Part shown: piece by piece, positions 9,275 to 20,495 of the stretch
Layout: each line of letters starts with the position of its first letter
Numbering within the stretch: the first letter of the stretch is position 1
Source of the DNA: Lentisphaerota bacterium
GTDB lineage: Bacteria > Verrucomicrobiota > Kiritimatiellia > UBA8416 > VGWJ01
Direction of reading: 5' to 3'
DNA: 64,000 nucleotides
Assembly (NCBI GenBank): GCA_016873635.1
Contig: VGWJ01000006.1
Coordinates: 3,102 to 67,101 of the forward strand
Notes under the pieces: model-generated
Seen by the model: the letters and a program-made list of their open reading frames with translations, nothing else
Database searches by the model: none
Told to the model about the DNA's origin: nothing
Translations under genes and position numbers: made by a program

Positions 9275-9359
9275 GTGCACCCGTGGTGAAACTGGTATAC
9301 ACGCAAGGTTCAGGTCCTTGTGGCCGCTAAGGCCGTGGGGGTTCGAATCCCTCCGGGTG
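9275..9359 (+). tRNA. tRNA-Leu, anticodon CAG. Class II tRNA with a long variable arm, 85 nt, CCA not encoded.
   Basis: Hand-folded: acceptor GCACCCG/CGGGTGC; 3-bp D-stem GTG/CAC with a GG-containing loop; anticodon stem CAAGG/CCTTG with loop TTCAGGT (U33, CAG, G37); variable arm GGCC-loop-GGCC; T-arm GGGGG-TTCGAAT-CCCTC. Confidence 0.8.
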
Positions 9360-9431
9360 CACCCGCCTCCGCCCCGGCGGCGGCTGTGGCGGACGGATCC
9401 GGCGCGTTGCCCGAAGCGGACGAGGTGTCTG

Positions 9432-10376
9432 ATGGCTTTCGGCGAAGGCAAGATCTGGTATGACGGCCGTTTCGTGGACTGGGCTGACGCCACGTGCCAC
9501 GTGATGAGCCACGCCCTGCATTACGGCTCGTCGGTCTTCGAGGGCATCCGCTGCTACGCCCGGCCGGCGGGGCCGGCCGTATTCCGGCTGGACGACCATC
9601 TCCGGCGCCTGTACGACTCGGCCAAGATCTACCGCATGGAAATCCCGTTCGGCCTGGCGCAGCTGCGCCAGGCCGTCCTGGACACCGTGCGCGTCAACGG
9701 CCTGTCTTCCTGCTACATCCGGCCGCTGGCGTTCCGCGGCATGAAGGCCATGGGGGTCAACCCCCTGACCTGTCCGGTGAAGTGCGTCATCGCGGCCTGG
9801 GACTGGGGGAAGTACCTGGGCGAGGATTCCATGGTCGACGGCGTGTCGGTGCGCGTTTCGTCCTGGCGGCGCGCGGCGCCCGACACGTTCCCGGCGCTGG
9901 CCAAGGCCGGCGGGAACTACCTCAATTCGCAGCTGATCAAGATCGAGGCCACTCAGGACGGGTTCGACGAGGGCATCGCCCTGGACCACTACGGCTTTGT
10001 CTCGGAGGGCTCGGGCGAAAACATCTTCATGGTCCGCAACGGCGTGATATACACCCCGCCGTCCAGTTCCTCGATCCTGCCGGGCGTGACGCGGCACTGC
10101 GTGTTCACGCTGGCCCGCGAGATGGGCGTGCGCATCCACCAGCAGGTGATCCCGCGCGAGGCGCTGTATATCGCCGATGAGGTTTTCTTCTCGGGCACGG
10201 CCGCGGAGATCACGCCGGTGACGCGCATCGACAACATCGCCATCGGCGACGGCAGGCGCGGCCCGGTCACGGAGCGGATCCAGGGCGCGTTCTTCGAGAT
10301 CGTCGAGGGCGGCGCGGAAGACCGCCACAACTGGTTTACGCCCGTGGGCGCCGCCGCCCCGGGCGGCAAGGACTGA
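9432..10376 (+). CDS. ilvE: Branched-chain amino acid aminotransferase.
   Basis: Product MAFGEGKIWYDGRFVDW...; class IV aminotransferase motifs (ALHYGSSVFEGIRCY, SGTAAEITPV). Start is the internal ATG at 9432 of ORF 9318..10376. Confidence 0.9.
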   Translation: MAFGEGKIWYDGRFVDWADATCHVMSHALHYGSSVFEGIRCYARPAGPAVFRLDDHLRRLYDSAKIYRMEIPFGLAQLRQAVLDTVRVNGLSSCYIRPLAFRGMKAMGVNPLTCPVKCVIAAWDWGKYLGEDSMVDGVSVRVSSWRRAAPDTFPALAKAGGNYLNSQLIKIEATQDGFDEGIALDHYGFVSEGSGENIFMVRNGVIYTPPSSSSILPGVTRHCVFTLAREMGVRIHQQVIPREALYIADEVFFSGTAAEITPVTRIDNIAIGDGRRGPVTERIQGAFFEIVEGGAEDRHNWFTPVGAAAPGGKD

Positions 10377-10381
10377 CGGCC

Positions 10382-10888
10382 ATGCTGTGCGACGTGTGCA
10401 AGAAAAAGCCGGCCACGGTGCATTTCAAGGAGGCCTGCAACGGCCAGATCCGCGAGATGCACGTGTGCGAGGAGTGCGCCGTGCAGAGCGGGCTGGACGC
10501 GGGCGCGCCCGTTTCGCTGGCCGACCTGCTGTTCGGCGCGGCCGCCAAGCCGCCGCCGGAAAGCCTGCCGGACAAGTCGTGCCCCAACTGCCACATGCGG
10601 CAGCGCGACTTCTCCAAGACGTCGCGCCTGGGCTGCGCGCGGTGCTACGACGCGTTCCGCGAGGAAATGCGGCCGATGCTGGACGGCATGCAGAAAGGCC
10701 GGCAGCACGTCGGCAAGGTGCCGGCGCGGGTGCGCTGTGCGCAAAGCGCCGCGGTGCTGCGCCGGCGCCTGGACACGGCGGTGGCGGCGGAGAAATTCGA
10801 GGAGGCCGCGCACCTGCGCGACCGGATTGCGGAAAGCGAAGCGCGCGCGCGGCCGGCGCGCGGGCGAAACACGGCAGGCGTGGACTGA
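10382..10888 (+). CDS. mcsA: McsA-like activator of protein arginine kinase (N-terminal zinc-finger Cys pairs plus C-terminal UVR-like motif).
   Basis: CDVCKKK...CEEC...CPNC...CARC cysteine pairs and a ...AAEKFEEAAHLRDRI UVR motif. Sits immediately upstream of mcsB. Confidence 0.8.
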   Translation: MLCDVCKKKPATVHFKEACNGQIREMHVCEECAVQSGLDAGAPVSLADLLFGAAAKPPPESLPDKSCPNCHMRQRDFSKTSRLGCARCYDAFREEMRPMLDGMQKGRQHVGKVPARVRCAQSAAVLRRRLDTAVAAEKFEEAAHLRDRIAESEARARPARGRNTAGVD

Positions 10889-10889
10889 G

Positions 10890-11951
10890 ATGCTGGTTGA
10901 CGATCTGGTGCGAAACCCCGGCTCCTGGCTGTCGCACGGCCGGGATACCGGCGTTGTGGTCAGCAGCCGCGCGCGGCTGGCGCGGAACATCCGGGACGTC
11001 GCGTTTCCCGACTGGGCCGGCGAGGAGGAGCGGCTGCGGGTCTGGAGCGAAATGCGCGGGGTGCTGGCCGGGATGCCCGGCCTGGCCGACGCGCTGATCC
11101 TGGACATGGGCGAACTGGCTCCCGTGGACCGGGCCGTGCTGCGCGAGCGGCACCTGGCCAGCCTGGACCTCACGGAAAAGGGCGCCGGCAGCGGACTCGT
11201 GGTCAGCCAGAGCGAGCGCATCGCCGTGATGGTCAACGAGGAGGACCACCTCCGGCTGCAGGCCATCACGCCGGGCATGGAGCTGCTGGAGATGTGGCGC
11301 GAGCTGGACGCCCTGGACACGGCGCTGGAGGAGCGCGTGGAATACGCCTACCATCCGGAGCTGGGCTACCTGACGGCCTGCCCCACGAACGTGGGCACGG
11401 GCCTGCGGGGCAGCGTCATGCTGCACCTGGCGGGGCTGGCCCTGATGAACGAAGTCGAAGCCGTGATCAAGGGCCTCAACCGCATGGGCTACGAGGTCCG
11501 CGGGCTGTTGGGCGAAGGCTCCGAAGCTTCGGGCAACATGTACCAGATATCCAACCGCGTCACGCTGGGACAGAACGAAGAGGACACCGTGCGCGGCATC
11601 ATCGCCATGGCGGAAGAAGTCGTGCGGCACGAGACCAACGCGCGCCTGCGCCTGATGGAGGGCCGGCGCGTGAACGTGCTGGATCACGTCGGGCGGGCCT
11701 ACGGCATTCTCTCGCACGCGCGCGTGCTGTCGTCGGGCGAGGCCGTGCACCTGCTCTCCGCCCTGCGCCTGGGCGTGGATTTCGGCCTCGTGGAGAACCT
11801 GACTCCCGCGTCGATCAACGACGCCATGCTGCTGACCCAGCCGGGCCACCTGCAGAAAACCAGCAAGCGCAACCTGAGCCCGGGCGAAAGGGACGAACTC
11901 CGGGCCGGCATGATCAAGAAACACCTGAAGGGCGTGTGCATCGCGCGCTGA
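10890..11951 (+). CDS. mcsB: Protein arginine kinase McsB (ATP:guanido phosphotransferase family).
   Basis: Conserved ...CPTNVGTGLRGSVMLHLAGL... phosphagen-kinase active-site region. ATG at 10890 lies one nt after the mcsA stop. Confidence 0.9.
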   Translation: MLVDDLVRNPGSWLSHGRDTGVVVSSRARLARNIRDVAFPDWAGEEERLRVWSEMRGVLAGMPGLADALILDMGELAPVDRAVLRERHLASLDLTEKGAGSGLVVSQSERIAVMVNEEDHLRLQAITPGMELLEMWRELDALDTALEERVEYAYHPELGYLTACPTNVGTGLRGSVMLHLAGLALMNEVEAVIKGLNRMGYEVRGLLGEGSEASGNMYQISNRVTLGQNEEDTVRGIIAMAEEVVRHETNARLRLMEGRRVNVLDHVGRAYGILSHARVLSSGEAVHLLSALRLGVDFGLVENLTPASINDAMLLTQPGHLQKTSKRNLSPGERDELRAGMIKKHLKGVCIAR

Positions 11952-11958
11952 GGAAAAC

Positions 11959-14478
<2,520 letters not shown>

Positions 14479-14489
14479 CCTGTGGGTGT

Positions 14490-15626
14490 ATGAGCGCCAT
14501 CGACGCCGTCTTCGTCCACTGCGCGGACCTGGACCGGCTTCACTACCCGGCGGATTGCCCGTTCAAGACCTCGCGCGCCGGACGCACCCGCGACGCGGTT
14601 GCCGCCATGGGGCTGCTGAACGGCCCGCGCCGCAAGGTCGTCGAGCCGCGGCCGCTGACCCGGGCGGAACTCGAGGCCTTTCACGAACCGCGCTATCTCG
14701 ACGCCCTCCGGGCCGCGGCCGGCGGAGAACTGGGGCCGGAGGGCTTCGCGATGGGCCTCGGCACTCCGGACTGCCCCGTCTTTCCCGACATGTACGACTA
14801 CCCGGCCCTGGCCTGCGGCGCCACGGTCGAGGGCGCGCGCCTGCTCCTGGAAGGGGCGGCGCGCGTCGCGTTCAACCCTTCGGGCGGGTATCACCACGCC
14901 ATGCCCGACCGCGCGGGCGGCTTCTGCTACCTGAACGATATCGTGTTCGGGTGCCGCGCGCTGGCCGCGGCGGGGCGGCGGGTAGCGTTCCTGGACATCG
15001 ACGTGCACCATTGCGACGGCGTGCAGGCGGCCTTCTACGACCGGGCCGACGTCATGACCATTTCCCTGCACGAGACCGGGCACAGCCTCTTTCCGGGCAC
15101 GGGCTTCGAGGACCACATCGGCGAAGGCGCCGGGCGCGGCTACAGCGTGAACGTGCCGCTGCCGCCGGGCACGGACGACAGGGCCTACCTGGCCGCTTTC
15201 CACGCCGTGGCCTCGCCGCTCATGGAGGCTTTCGCGCCGGACGCGGTTGTCGTGGAGGCGGGCATGGACGCCTTGAGCGGCGATCCGCTGGCGCACCTGC
15301 GCCTTACCAACAACGCCTACGCCGAGATTGCGGAATGGGCCGTGGCCTTCGGGCGGCCGCTGCTGGTCACGGGCGGCGGCGGCTACAACGCCGACAACAC
15401 CGTGCGCGGCTGGTCGCTGCTGTGGAGCATCCTCTGCGGGGCGGGCGCCGACAACGAGATGAGCCTCGGGCTGGGCGGCGTCATGCTGGAAGGCACGGAA
15501 TGGCACGGCGGCCTGCGGGACCGGCCCATGCTCTCGCGCCCGGGAAGGATTCCGGGAATTGACGACGCGATCGCGCGGACCGTGGAGCGCGTGAAACGCC
15601 TGGTGTTTCCGTTGCACGGGATTTGA
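14490..15626 (+). CDS. Histone deacetylase-family protein (AcuC/acetoin-utilization-like deacetylase).
   Basis: HDAC signature GFCYLNDIV, DIDVHHCDGVQ, SLHE..H.FPGTG. Confidence 0.85.
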   Translation: MSAIDAVFVHCADLDRLHYPADCPFKTSRAGRTRDAVAAMGLLNGPRRKVVEPRPLTRAELEAFHEPRYLDALRAAAGGELGPEGFAMGLGTPDCPVFPDMYDYPALACGATVEGARLLLEGAARVAFNPSGGYHHAMPDRAGGFCYLNDIVFGCRALAAAGRRVAFLDIDVHHCDGVQAAFYDRADVMTISLHETGHSLFPGTGFEDHIGEGAGRGYSVNVPLPPGTDDRAYLAAFHAVASPLMEAFAPDAVVVEAGMDALSGDPLAHLRLTNNAYAEIAEWAVAFGRPLLVTGGGGYNADNTVRGWSLLWSILCGAGADNEMSLGLGGVMLEGTEWHGGLRDRPMLSRPGRIPGIDDAIARTVERVKRLVFPLHGI

Positions 15627-15674
15627 CGCATCGGCCTTGGCGTGGCCGGGGCCGCGTGGTAGTCTGGCGCGCAT

Positions 15675-17024
15675 ATGGCCTCTCTGCTGATAGTGGACGA
15701 CGACCAGTCGATCCAGACGCAGATGAAATGGTCGCTGGGCGGCGACTATTCCGTCGAACTGGCCGGAGACCGCCCCGGCGCGGTCGCGGCCGCCGCGGGC
15801 AGCGGGGCCGCGGTGATCCTGCTTGACCTGGGCCTGCCGCCGCGTCCCGATGAGCCCGAAGAAGGCATCGCCGCGATGCGCGAACTGCTGGAGGCCAACC
15901 CCCACCGCAAGATCATCGTCATCACCGGCCAGGGGGAAAAGGGCAACGCGCTGCGGGCCGTGGCCGAAGGCGCCTACGATTTCCTCAACAAGCCCATCGA
16001 CATGGATGAGTTGAAAATCATTCTCAAGCGGGCCTTCCACCTGGTGCGGCTGGAAGCGGAATACCGCGAGCTGCAGGGCAAGCTTGCGGCCGACGGCTTT
16101 GAGGGCATGCTGGGCACGAGCCCGCAGATGCAGGCCGTTTTCACGGCCGTTCGCAAGGTTGCGCTGGCCGATGCCCCGGTATTGATCCTGGGCGAGAGCG
16201 GCACGGGCAAGGAGATGGTGGCGCAAGCCATTCACCGCCGCAGCCGGCGGCAGGCGGGCCCTTTCGCGGCCATCAACTGCAGCGCAATTCCCGAAAACCT
16301 CCTGGAGAGCGAGCTCTTCGGGCACGAAAAGGGGGCCTTCACCGGCGCCCACGCCCAGCGGCCGGGCCGCATGGAGGCCGCCGCGGGAGGGACCCTGTTT
16401 CTGGATGAGATCGGGGAAGTCCCGCTCGCCCTGCAGGTCAAGCTGCTGCGCTTCCTGCAGGAGAAGAGCATCCAGCGCGTCGGCGGCCGCCGCCCGATCG
16501 AGATCGACGCGCGCGTGCTCGCGGCCACCAACGTCGACCTGAAACAGGCCATGGCCGCGGAGCGTTTCAGGGAAGACCTCTACTACCGGCTGGCGGTCGT
16601 GACCGTCAGCCTGCCGCCCCTGCGCGAGCGAACGGGGGACATCCCCGTCCTGGCCAAGGTCATCCTGCGCCGCTTTGCGCTGGAGAACAACCGCAAGCTG
16701 TCCGGCTTCAACGCGGAAGCGCTGCGCGTGATGTCGGCCTACGCCTGGCCCGGCAACGTGCGCGAAATGGAGAACCGCATACGCCGGGCGGCCATCATGG
16801 CGGAAGGCCGGCACGTCACGCCCGAGGACCTGGAACTCGATCCGGCCGCGGTGGGCCTCAAGATTACCACCTTGAAAGAAGCCCGCGAAAAGGTCGAGCG
16901 CGAGGCGATCAGGAGAGCCATGGCCCGCCACCGCAACAACCTCAGCCGCGCCGCCGAGGAGCTCGACGTCAGCCGGCCCACCCTGTACGAGCTGATGGAC
17001 AAGCTCGGCATCAGGCGGGAGTGA
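15675..17024 (+). CDS. Sigma54-dependent response regulator of the PrsR/PEP-CTERM-box type (REC + AAA+ sigma54 activator + C-terminal HTH).
   Basis: The receiver has the PrsR hallmark LLDLGLPPRPDEPEEG. GAFTG loop and [15 protein letters not shown] present. C-terminal Fis-type HTH. Confidence 0.85.
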   Translation: MASLLIVDDDQSIQTQMKWSLGGDYSVELAGDRPGAVAAAAGSGAAVILLDLGLPPRPDEPEEGIAAMRELLEANPHRKIIVITGQGEKGNALRAVAEGAYDFLNKPIDMDELKIILKRAFHLVRLEAEYRELQGKLAADGFEGMLGTSPQMQAVFTAVRKVALADAPVLILGESGTGKEMVAQAIHRRSRRQAGPFAAINCSAIPENLLESELFGHEKGAFTGAHAQRPGRMEAAAGGTLFLDEIGEVPLALQVKLLRFLQEKSIQRVGGRRPIEIDARVLAATNVDLKQAMAAERFREDLYYRLAVVTVSLPPLRERTGDIPVLAKVILRRFALENNRKLSGFNAEALRVMSAYAWPGNVREMENRIRRAAIMAEGRHVTPEDLELDPAAVGLKITTLKEAREKVEREAIRRAMARHRNNLSRAAEELDVSRPTLYELMDKLGIRRE

Positions 17025-17102
17025 GCGCCGGCGCCCGGCTTCCGGCGCCAGGCACTTGATCTGACGCAACCCGCGCGCTCTCGCGACGAAGATTCATGGA
17101 CA

Positions 17103-17528
17103 CTAGCCGGCGGCGCCGGAAAAATGCGTCACGAGGTAGGCGCAGGCGTCCTCCAGCGTGGGCAGGATCTTGGTGCAGTACCGCACCATCCACGGGCTGC
17201 AGTCCTTGAACTCGAACGGCGCGAAGGCGACCACGAACTTGCCCAGGTCGTGCGCGGCGTAGAACACCTCCATGCTCGTGCCGATGCTGGGCTTGCAGTA
17301 GTTCACCAGCGCGATGTCGCAGTCGCGCACGTCCTGCAGGTCGAACTCGACGATTTCGTTGGCCGAGTCCACCTCGCGATCCTTGAAATTCCTGCGCATC
17401 GGGTCGAGGATCTCGAACGCGGACGCAAGCAGCGCCCGCGCCGCGGCGCGCCACTGCCGGGCATCTCCGTCGCGCGCATCCATGATCGGCCCGCTCAAGT
17501 ACACGGTCTTTCTCGCGTGTTTCCGCAT
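17103..17528 (-). CDS. Nucleoside 2-deoxyribosyltransferase / DNPH1(Rcl)-like protein.
   Basis: Internal ATG at 17528 gives MRKHARKTVYLSGPIM... with NDT-family motifs (VYLSGPI; DIALVNYCKPSIGTSMEVFYAAHDLGKFVV). The longer ORF 17103..17603 has an Arg-rich extension. Confidence 0.65.
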   Translation of the reverse strand: MRKHARKTVYLSGPIMDARDGDARQWRAAARALLASAFEILDPMRRNFKDREVDSANEIVEFDLQDVRDCDIALVNYCKPSIGTSMEVFYAAHDLGKFVVAFAPFEFKDCSPWMVRYCTKILPTLEDACAYLVTHFSGAAG

Positions 17529-17620
17529 GTGCTCTGCCTCCGCCCGGGGCGCGTGCCGCCGCCCCCCGGTATACGCGCCGGCGTGCGGCCGGCGCGGCCG
17601 CACACCGGGATGGATGTAAG

Positions 17621-17757
17621 GGGTCAGTTACGCGGTGGAGACACGCCGGTAGGGCGCGGCGTGCCGCCTTCGCCCGGAGGCTCCGGCGCGCCAAGCCCGC
17701 CGCGCCGCGGCGGACCGGGACGGCCCGCCCTACCTCGCCTCACCGCGTGACTGACGG
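17621..17757. mobile_element. MITE-like GC-rich repeat, copy 2 (~137 bp), with terminal inverted repeats GGTCAGTTACGCGGTG ... CACCGCGTGACTGACG.
   Basis: Near-identical to 9033..9202. Sits in the divergent promoter region between the NDT-like gene and the NT5C gene. Confidence 0.5.
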
Positions 17758-17849
17758 GTTTCGTATGGATGCATTCTAGTATGGACGCCGCCCGTCTCAA
17801 GTGCAGAATGGCGTCCAAGGCAAGGTGCCGTCCGAAAAGGAGCTGCGCG

Positions 17850-18467
17850 GTGACGGAAGGCGTGCGCGTATACGTTGACCTGGACGACGTGATCTGCGAA
17901 ACGGCGCTCCGCCTGGCGGAGCTGGCGGAAACGCAATTCGGGCGGCGCATACCGTTCGAGGAAATCAGGGAGTTCGATCTCGCCTCATCCTTCGGGCTTA
18001 GCGCGCGGGAACACGCGGCGCTCATGGAAGCGGCGCACGCGCCCGAAGTGCTGCTTTCGTTCCGGGAGGTCCCGGGCGCCGTGGAGACAATCCGCCGCTG
18101 GGCGGCAAAGGGACGCCGCATCTGCGTCGTGACGGGACGGCCACCGGACACCGCCGACATATCGCGCGCGTGGCTGGAGCGGCACGGCGTGCCGGTCGCG
18201 GAGCTGATCTTCGTGGACAAGTACGGCCGGCACGACGGCGCGGCGGCCGGCTGCCGGAGCCTGACGCTCGAGCAGCTCGCCGGCCAGCGGTTCGACGCGG
18301 CCGTCGAGGACGAGCCGCGCACGGCGGACTTCCTGGCGCGGCGCCTGGGAGCGCCCGTTGCGGTGCTGCGACGGCCATGGAACGCGTGCGCCCGTTTCTC
18401 CGCCGGCGCCCGGGAGGCCATCGTGCGCTGCCGCGACTGGGCCGATATTGCCGCCCGCTGGCCGTAA
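17850..18467 (+). CDS. 5'(3')-deoxyribonucleotidase of the NT5C/HAD type (VYVDLDDVICE DxD motif).
   Basis: GTG at 17850, preceded by SD AAAAGGAG 7 nt upstream, gives VTEGVRVYVDLDDV.... The ATG at 17808 is an alternative start. Confidence 0.7.
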   Translation: MTEGVRVYVDLDDVICETALRLAELAETQFGRRIPFEEIREFDLASSFGLSAREHAALMEAAHAPEVLLSFREVPGAVETIRRWAAKGRRICVVTGRPPDTADISRAWLERHGVPVAELIFVDKYGRHDGAAAGCRSLTLEQLAGQRFDAAVEDEPRTADFLARRLGAPVAVLRRPWNACARFSAGAREAIVRCRDWADIAARWP

Positions 18468-18564
18468 ATCGCGGAGGGTCAACCCTGAAAATAGAAGTTA
18501 CCTGGTTTTGGGCCATGCCATGAGGCTTGGCGTTCCCGCCTCTTGTCGGTAACCCTATAGAGAG

Positions 18565-18612
18565 CAGTTCAGCCGCTTCGCGGCCGAACTGTTCTTGTTT
18601 TGTGCCTTTTTT
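18565..18612 (+). terminator. Rho-independent terminator downstream of the NT5C gene.
   Basis: 12-bp stem CAGTTCAGCCGC / GCGGCCGAACTG with loop TTC, followed by a T-rich tract TTCTTGTTTTGTGCCTTTTTTC. Local GC content drops here. Confidence 0.6.
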
Positions 18613-18679
18613 CGGGTTAGGCTTGCGATAGAGGATGGGGAGCGGAAAACGAAGGAGGCATAGCGTGTCTGGAGCAATC

Positions 18680-18922
18680 ATGCGGGGAATGCGGCTCATG
18701 CTCATCGGGGCCCTGGTTGGCGCGGGGGTGCTGGCCGGAGGGTGCGGCAAGAAGGAGGCGGCGGCGACGGAAGTGCCTCCGGCGGCGACGGAGGCGGCGG
18801 CTGCCGCCGAGGCGTCGATGCTGGATCTGACGTCGGACATTGAAGCGCGCAAGCCGGCGGCGGGGGCTGTCACGGAAGAGACCAAAGAGAAGGCGGAAGG
18901 CGCGCCCCGTTCCGACGGCTGA
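18680..18922 (+). CDS. Small putative lipoprotein (MRGMRLMLIGALVGAGVLAGGCGKKE lipobox LAGGC, followed by an Ala/Glu-rich tail).
   Basis: Signal peptide plus lipobox. Preceded by AAGGAGG-like sequence (gaaggaggcatagcgtg). Confidence 0.45.
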   Translation: MRGMRLMLIGALVGAGVLAGGCGKKEAAATEVPPAATEAAAAAEASMLDLTSDIEARKPAAGAVTEETKEKAEGAPRSDG

Positions 18923-18954
18923 ACCGGCGCGTTGAGACGGCCGCCCAATGCGAC

Positions 18955-20493
18955 TCACGGGCCCGGGGACTTGACGTAGATCAGCTTGTGGTCGCCGGGT
19001 TCGTAGAAATCCTCGACGACGCCGGCTTTGCGGAAGCCGTTGCGCTCGTAGAAACGGCGCGGCGGCTCGTAGTCGCTTCGCGATGACGTCTCGACCACGA
19101 TCAGGCGTCCCTGGCGGGCGCGGATCGAGGATTCGGCGCGGGCCAGGAGGGCGCGCGCCACTCCGCGTCGGTGGCATGCCGGGCTGACGGCTATCCAGTA
19201 CAGGTCGAAAGCGCCTGCCGTGCACGGCGTCGGGCCGTAGCAGGTCCACCCCACGACGGCGCCGTCGAGCGTGGCCGTGAATGACTGGTAATGCCCGCCC
19301 TCGCCCTTTGCGAGCGCGTCGTCGAGCACTTCCCTGGCCACGTCCAGTTCGGACGGCCGGAAGACGCCCGTTTCCTTGAGCAGGTTCAGAATGGGCTGCC
19401 GGTCGTGGGGCGCGGACCACGCAATCTGCAGATCCGCCGGGGGCGCGGACGTGCGCGACGGGGGCGGCTCCGGGGCCACGGGCTGGCCCGCGTTGGCAAG
19501 CAGCGCGGCCACGAACTGGGCAAAGCTGATTCCCGCGGCGTGCAGGGCGGAGGCGAAACCGGCGTCGGGCGCGATATCGGGGTTGGGATTCACTTCGATC
19601 ACGAACGGCCGGCCTTCGGCGTCGAGGCGCATGTCCACGCGCGCGTAGTCGCGGCATCCCATGCGCTTCCAGGCGGCCAGGGCCGCGGCGCGGATTGCAT
19701 CGGCCGCCAACTGATCGACGTCGGCCGGCACGCGGCGGATGGTGTGGGCGTATTCGAACGAATCCTCGATCCACTTTGCGCGGTAGTCCACGATGCGCGG
19801 CAGATGGCGCGGGAAGGCGCTGAAGTCGATTTCGGCCAGCGGCAGGACCGACACCTCGCCGCCTCGCTCCAGCAGCGCGACATTGAATTCGCGTCCCTCG
19901 ATGTAGCGCTCGATCAATGCGGGCTGATGCAATTCCCTGTGGATACGGGCGGCGCGTTCGAGCACGGCGGCGCGGTCGGCCCCGGACAGGACGGAAGAGG
20001 CGTCAATGCCTTCGCCGGCGTCGGCGCGCAGGGGTTTGACGATGACGGTCGCGGAGGGAACAAAGGCCGGCAGGTCGGTGTCGCCGGCGTCCAGGACCGC
20101 GGCGACGGGCACGGGGATGCCGGCCGCGCGCATTGCGACTTTGCTTTGCCATTTGTCAAGCGCCAGCAACTGGCAGGCCGTGCCGCTGCCGGTCCAGGCC
20201 TTGCCGAGGGCCGCGCACACGGCGGGCACGAGGCAGGCATCGGTCGCGGACCCGTCCAGGCTCTCGACCAGGTTGATGACGCAAGGTTCGCGGCCGGAGG
20301 ATATCTCCCGGCCGGCCTCGCGCAGCGTGCGCACGGCGGCCAGGCGGTGCGGCACGCCGAGCTCGGTCAGGCCCGCGGCGACGGCGGCGGCTTCGACGAG
20401 CACGCCGGCGTCGGATTCGGCGTCGCGGCGGCTGCCGTCGGCGGCCGGGCCGCGCGGCTGATTGTGGAGGACGAGGACGGGGGGGCGTTCCAC
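18955..20493 (-). CDS. Fusion protein: N-terminal D-Ala-D-Ala-ligase-family ATP-grasp enzyme plus C-terminal GNAT acetyltransferase domain.
   Basis: The ATP-grasp core (...KPLRADAGEGIDASSV..., EIDFSAF, IEVNPNPD) is followed by a ~150-aa GNAT domain (...YWIAVSPACHRRGVARALLARAE...RFYERNGF). Start overlaps the upstream stop. Confidence 0.85.
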   Translation of the reverse strand: MERPPVLVLHNQPRGPAADGSRRDAESDAGVLVEAAAVAAGLTELGVPHRLAAVRTLREAGREISSGREPCVINLVESLDGSATDACLVPAVCAALGKAWTGSGTACQLLALDKWQSKVAMRAAGIPVPVAAVLDAGDTDLPAFVPSATVIVKPLRADAGEGIDASSVLSGADRAAVLERAARIHRELHQPALIERYIEGREFNVALLERGGEVSVLPLAEIDFSAFPRHLPRIVDYRAKWIEDSFEYAHTIRRVPADVDQLAADAIRAAALAAWKRMGCRDYARVDMRLDAEGRPFVIEVNPNPDIAPDAGFASALHAAGISFAQFVAALLANAGQPVAPEPPPSRTSAPPADLQIAWSAPHDRQPILNLLKETGVFRPSELDVAREVLDDALAKGEGGHYQSFTATLDGAVVGWTCYGPTPCTAGAFDLYWIAVSPACHRRGVARALLARAESSIRARQGRLIVVETSSRSDYEPPRRFYERNGFRKAGVVEDFYEPGDHKLIYVKSPGP

Positions 20494-20495
20494 GG

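Noticed and set aside
9218-9493. 91-aa minus ORF
   Set aside because: Overlaps the tRNA-Leu gene and the ilvE start. Composition is Arg/Gly-rich noise.
17027-17055. GC hairpin after the PrsR-like stop
   Set aside because: Imperfect stem and no T-run. This is common background in GC-rich DNA.
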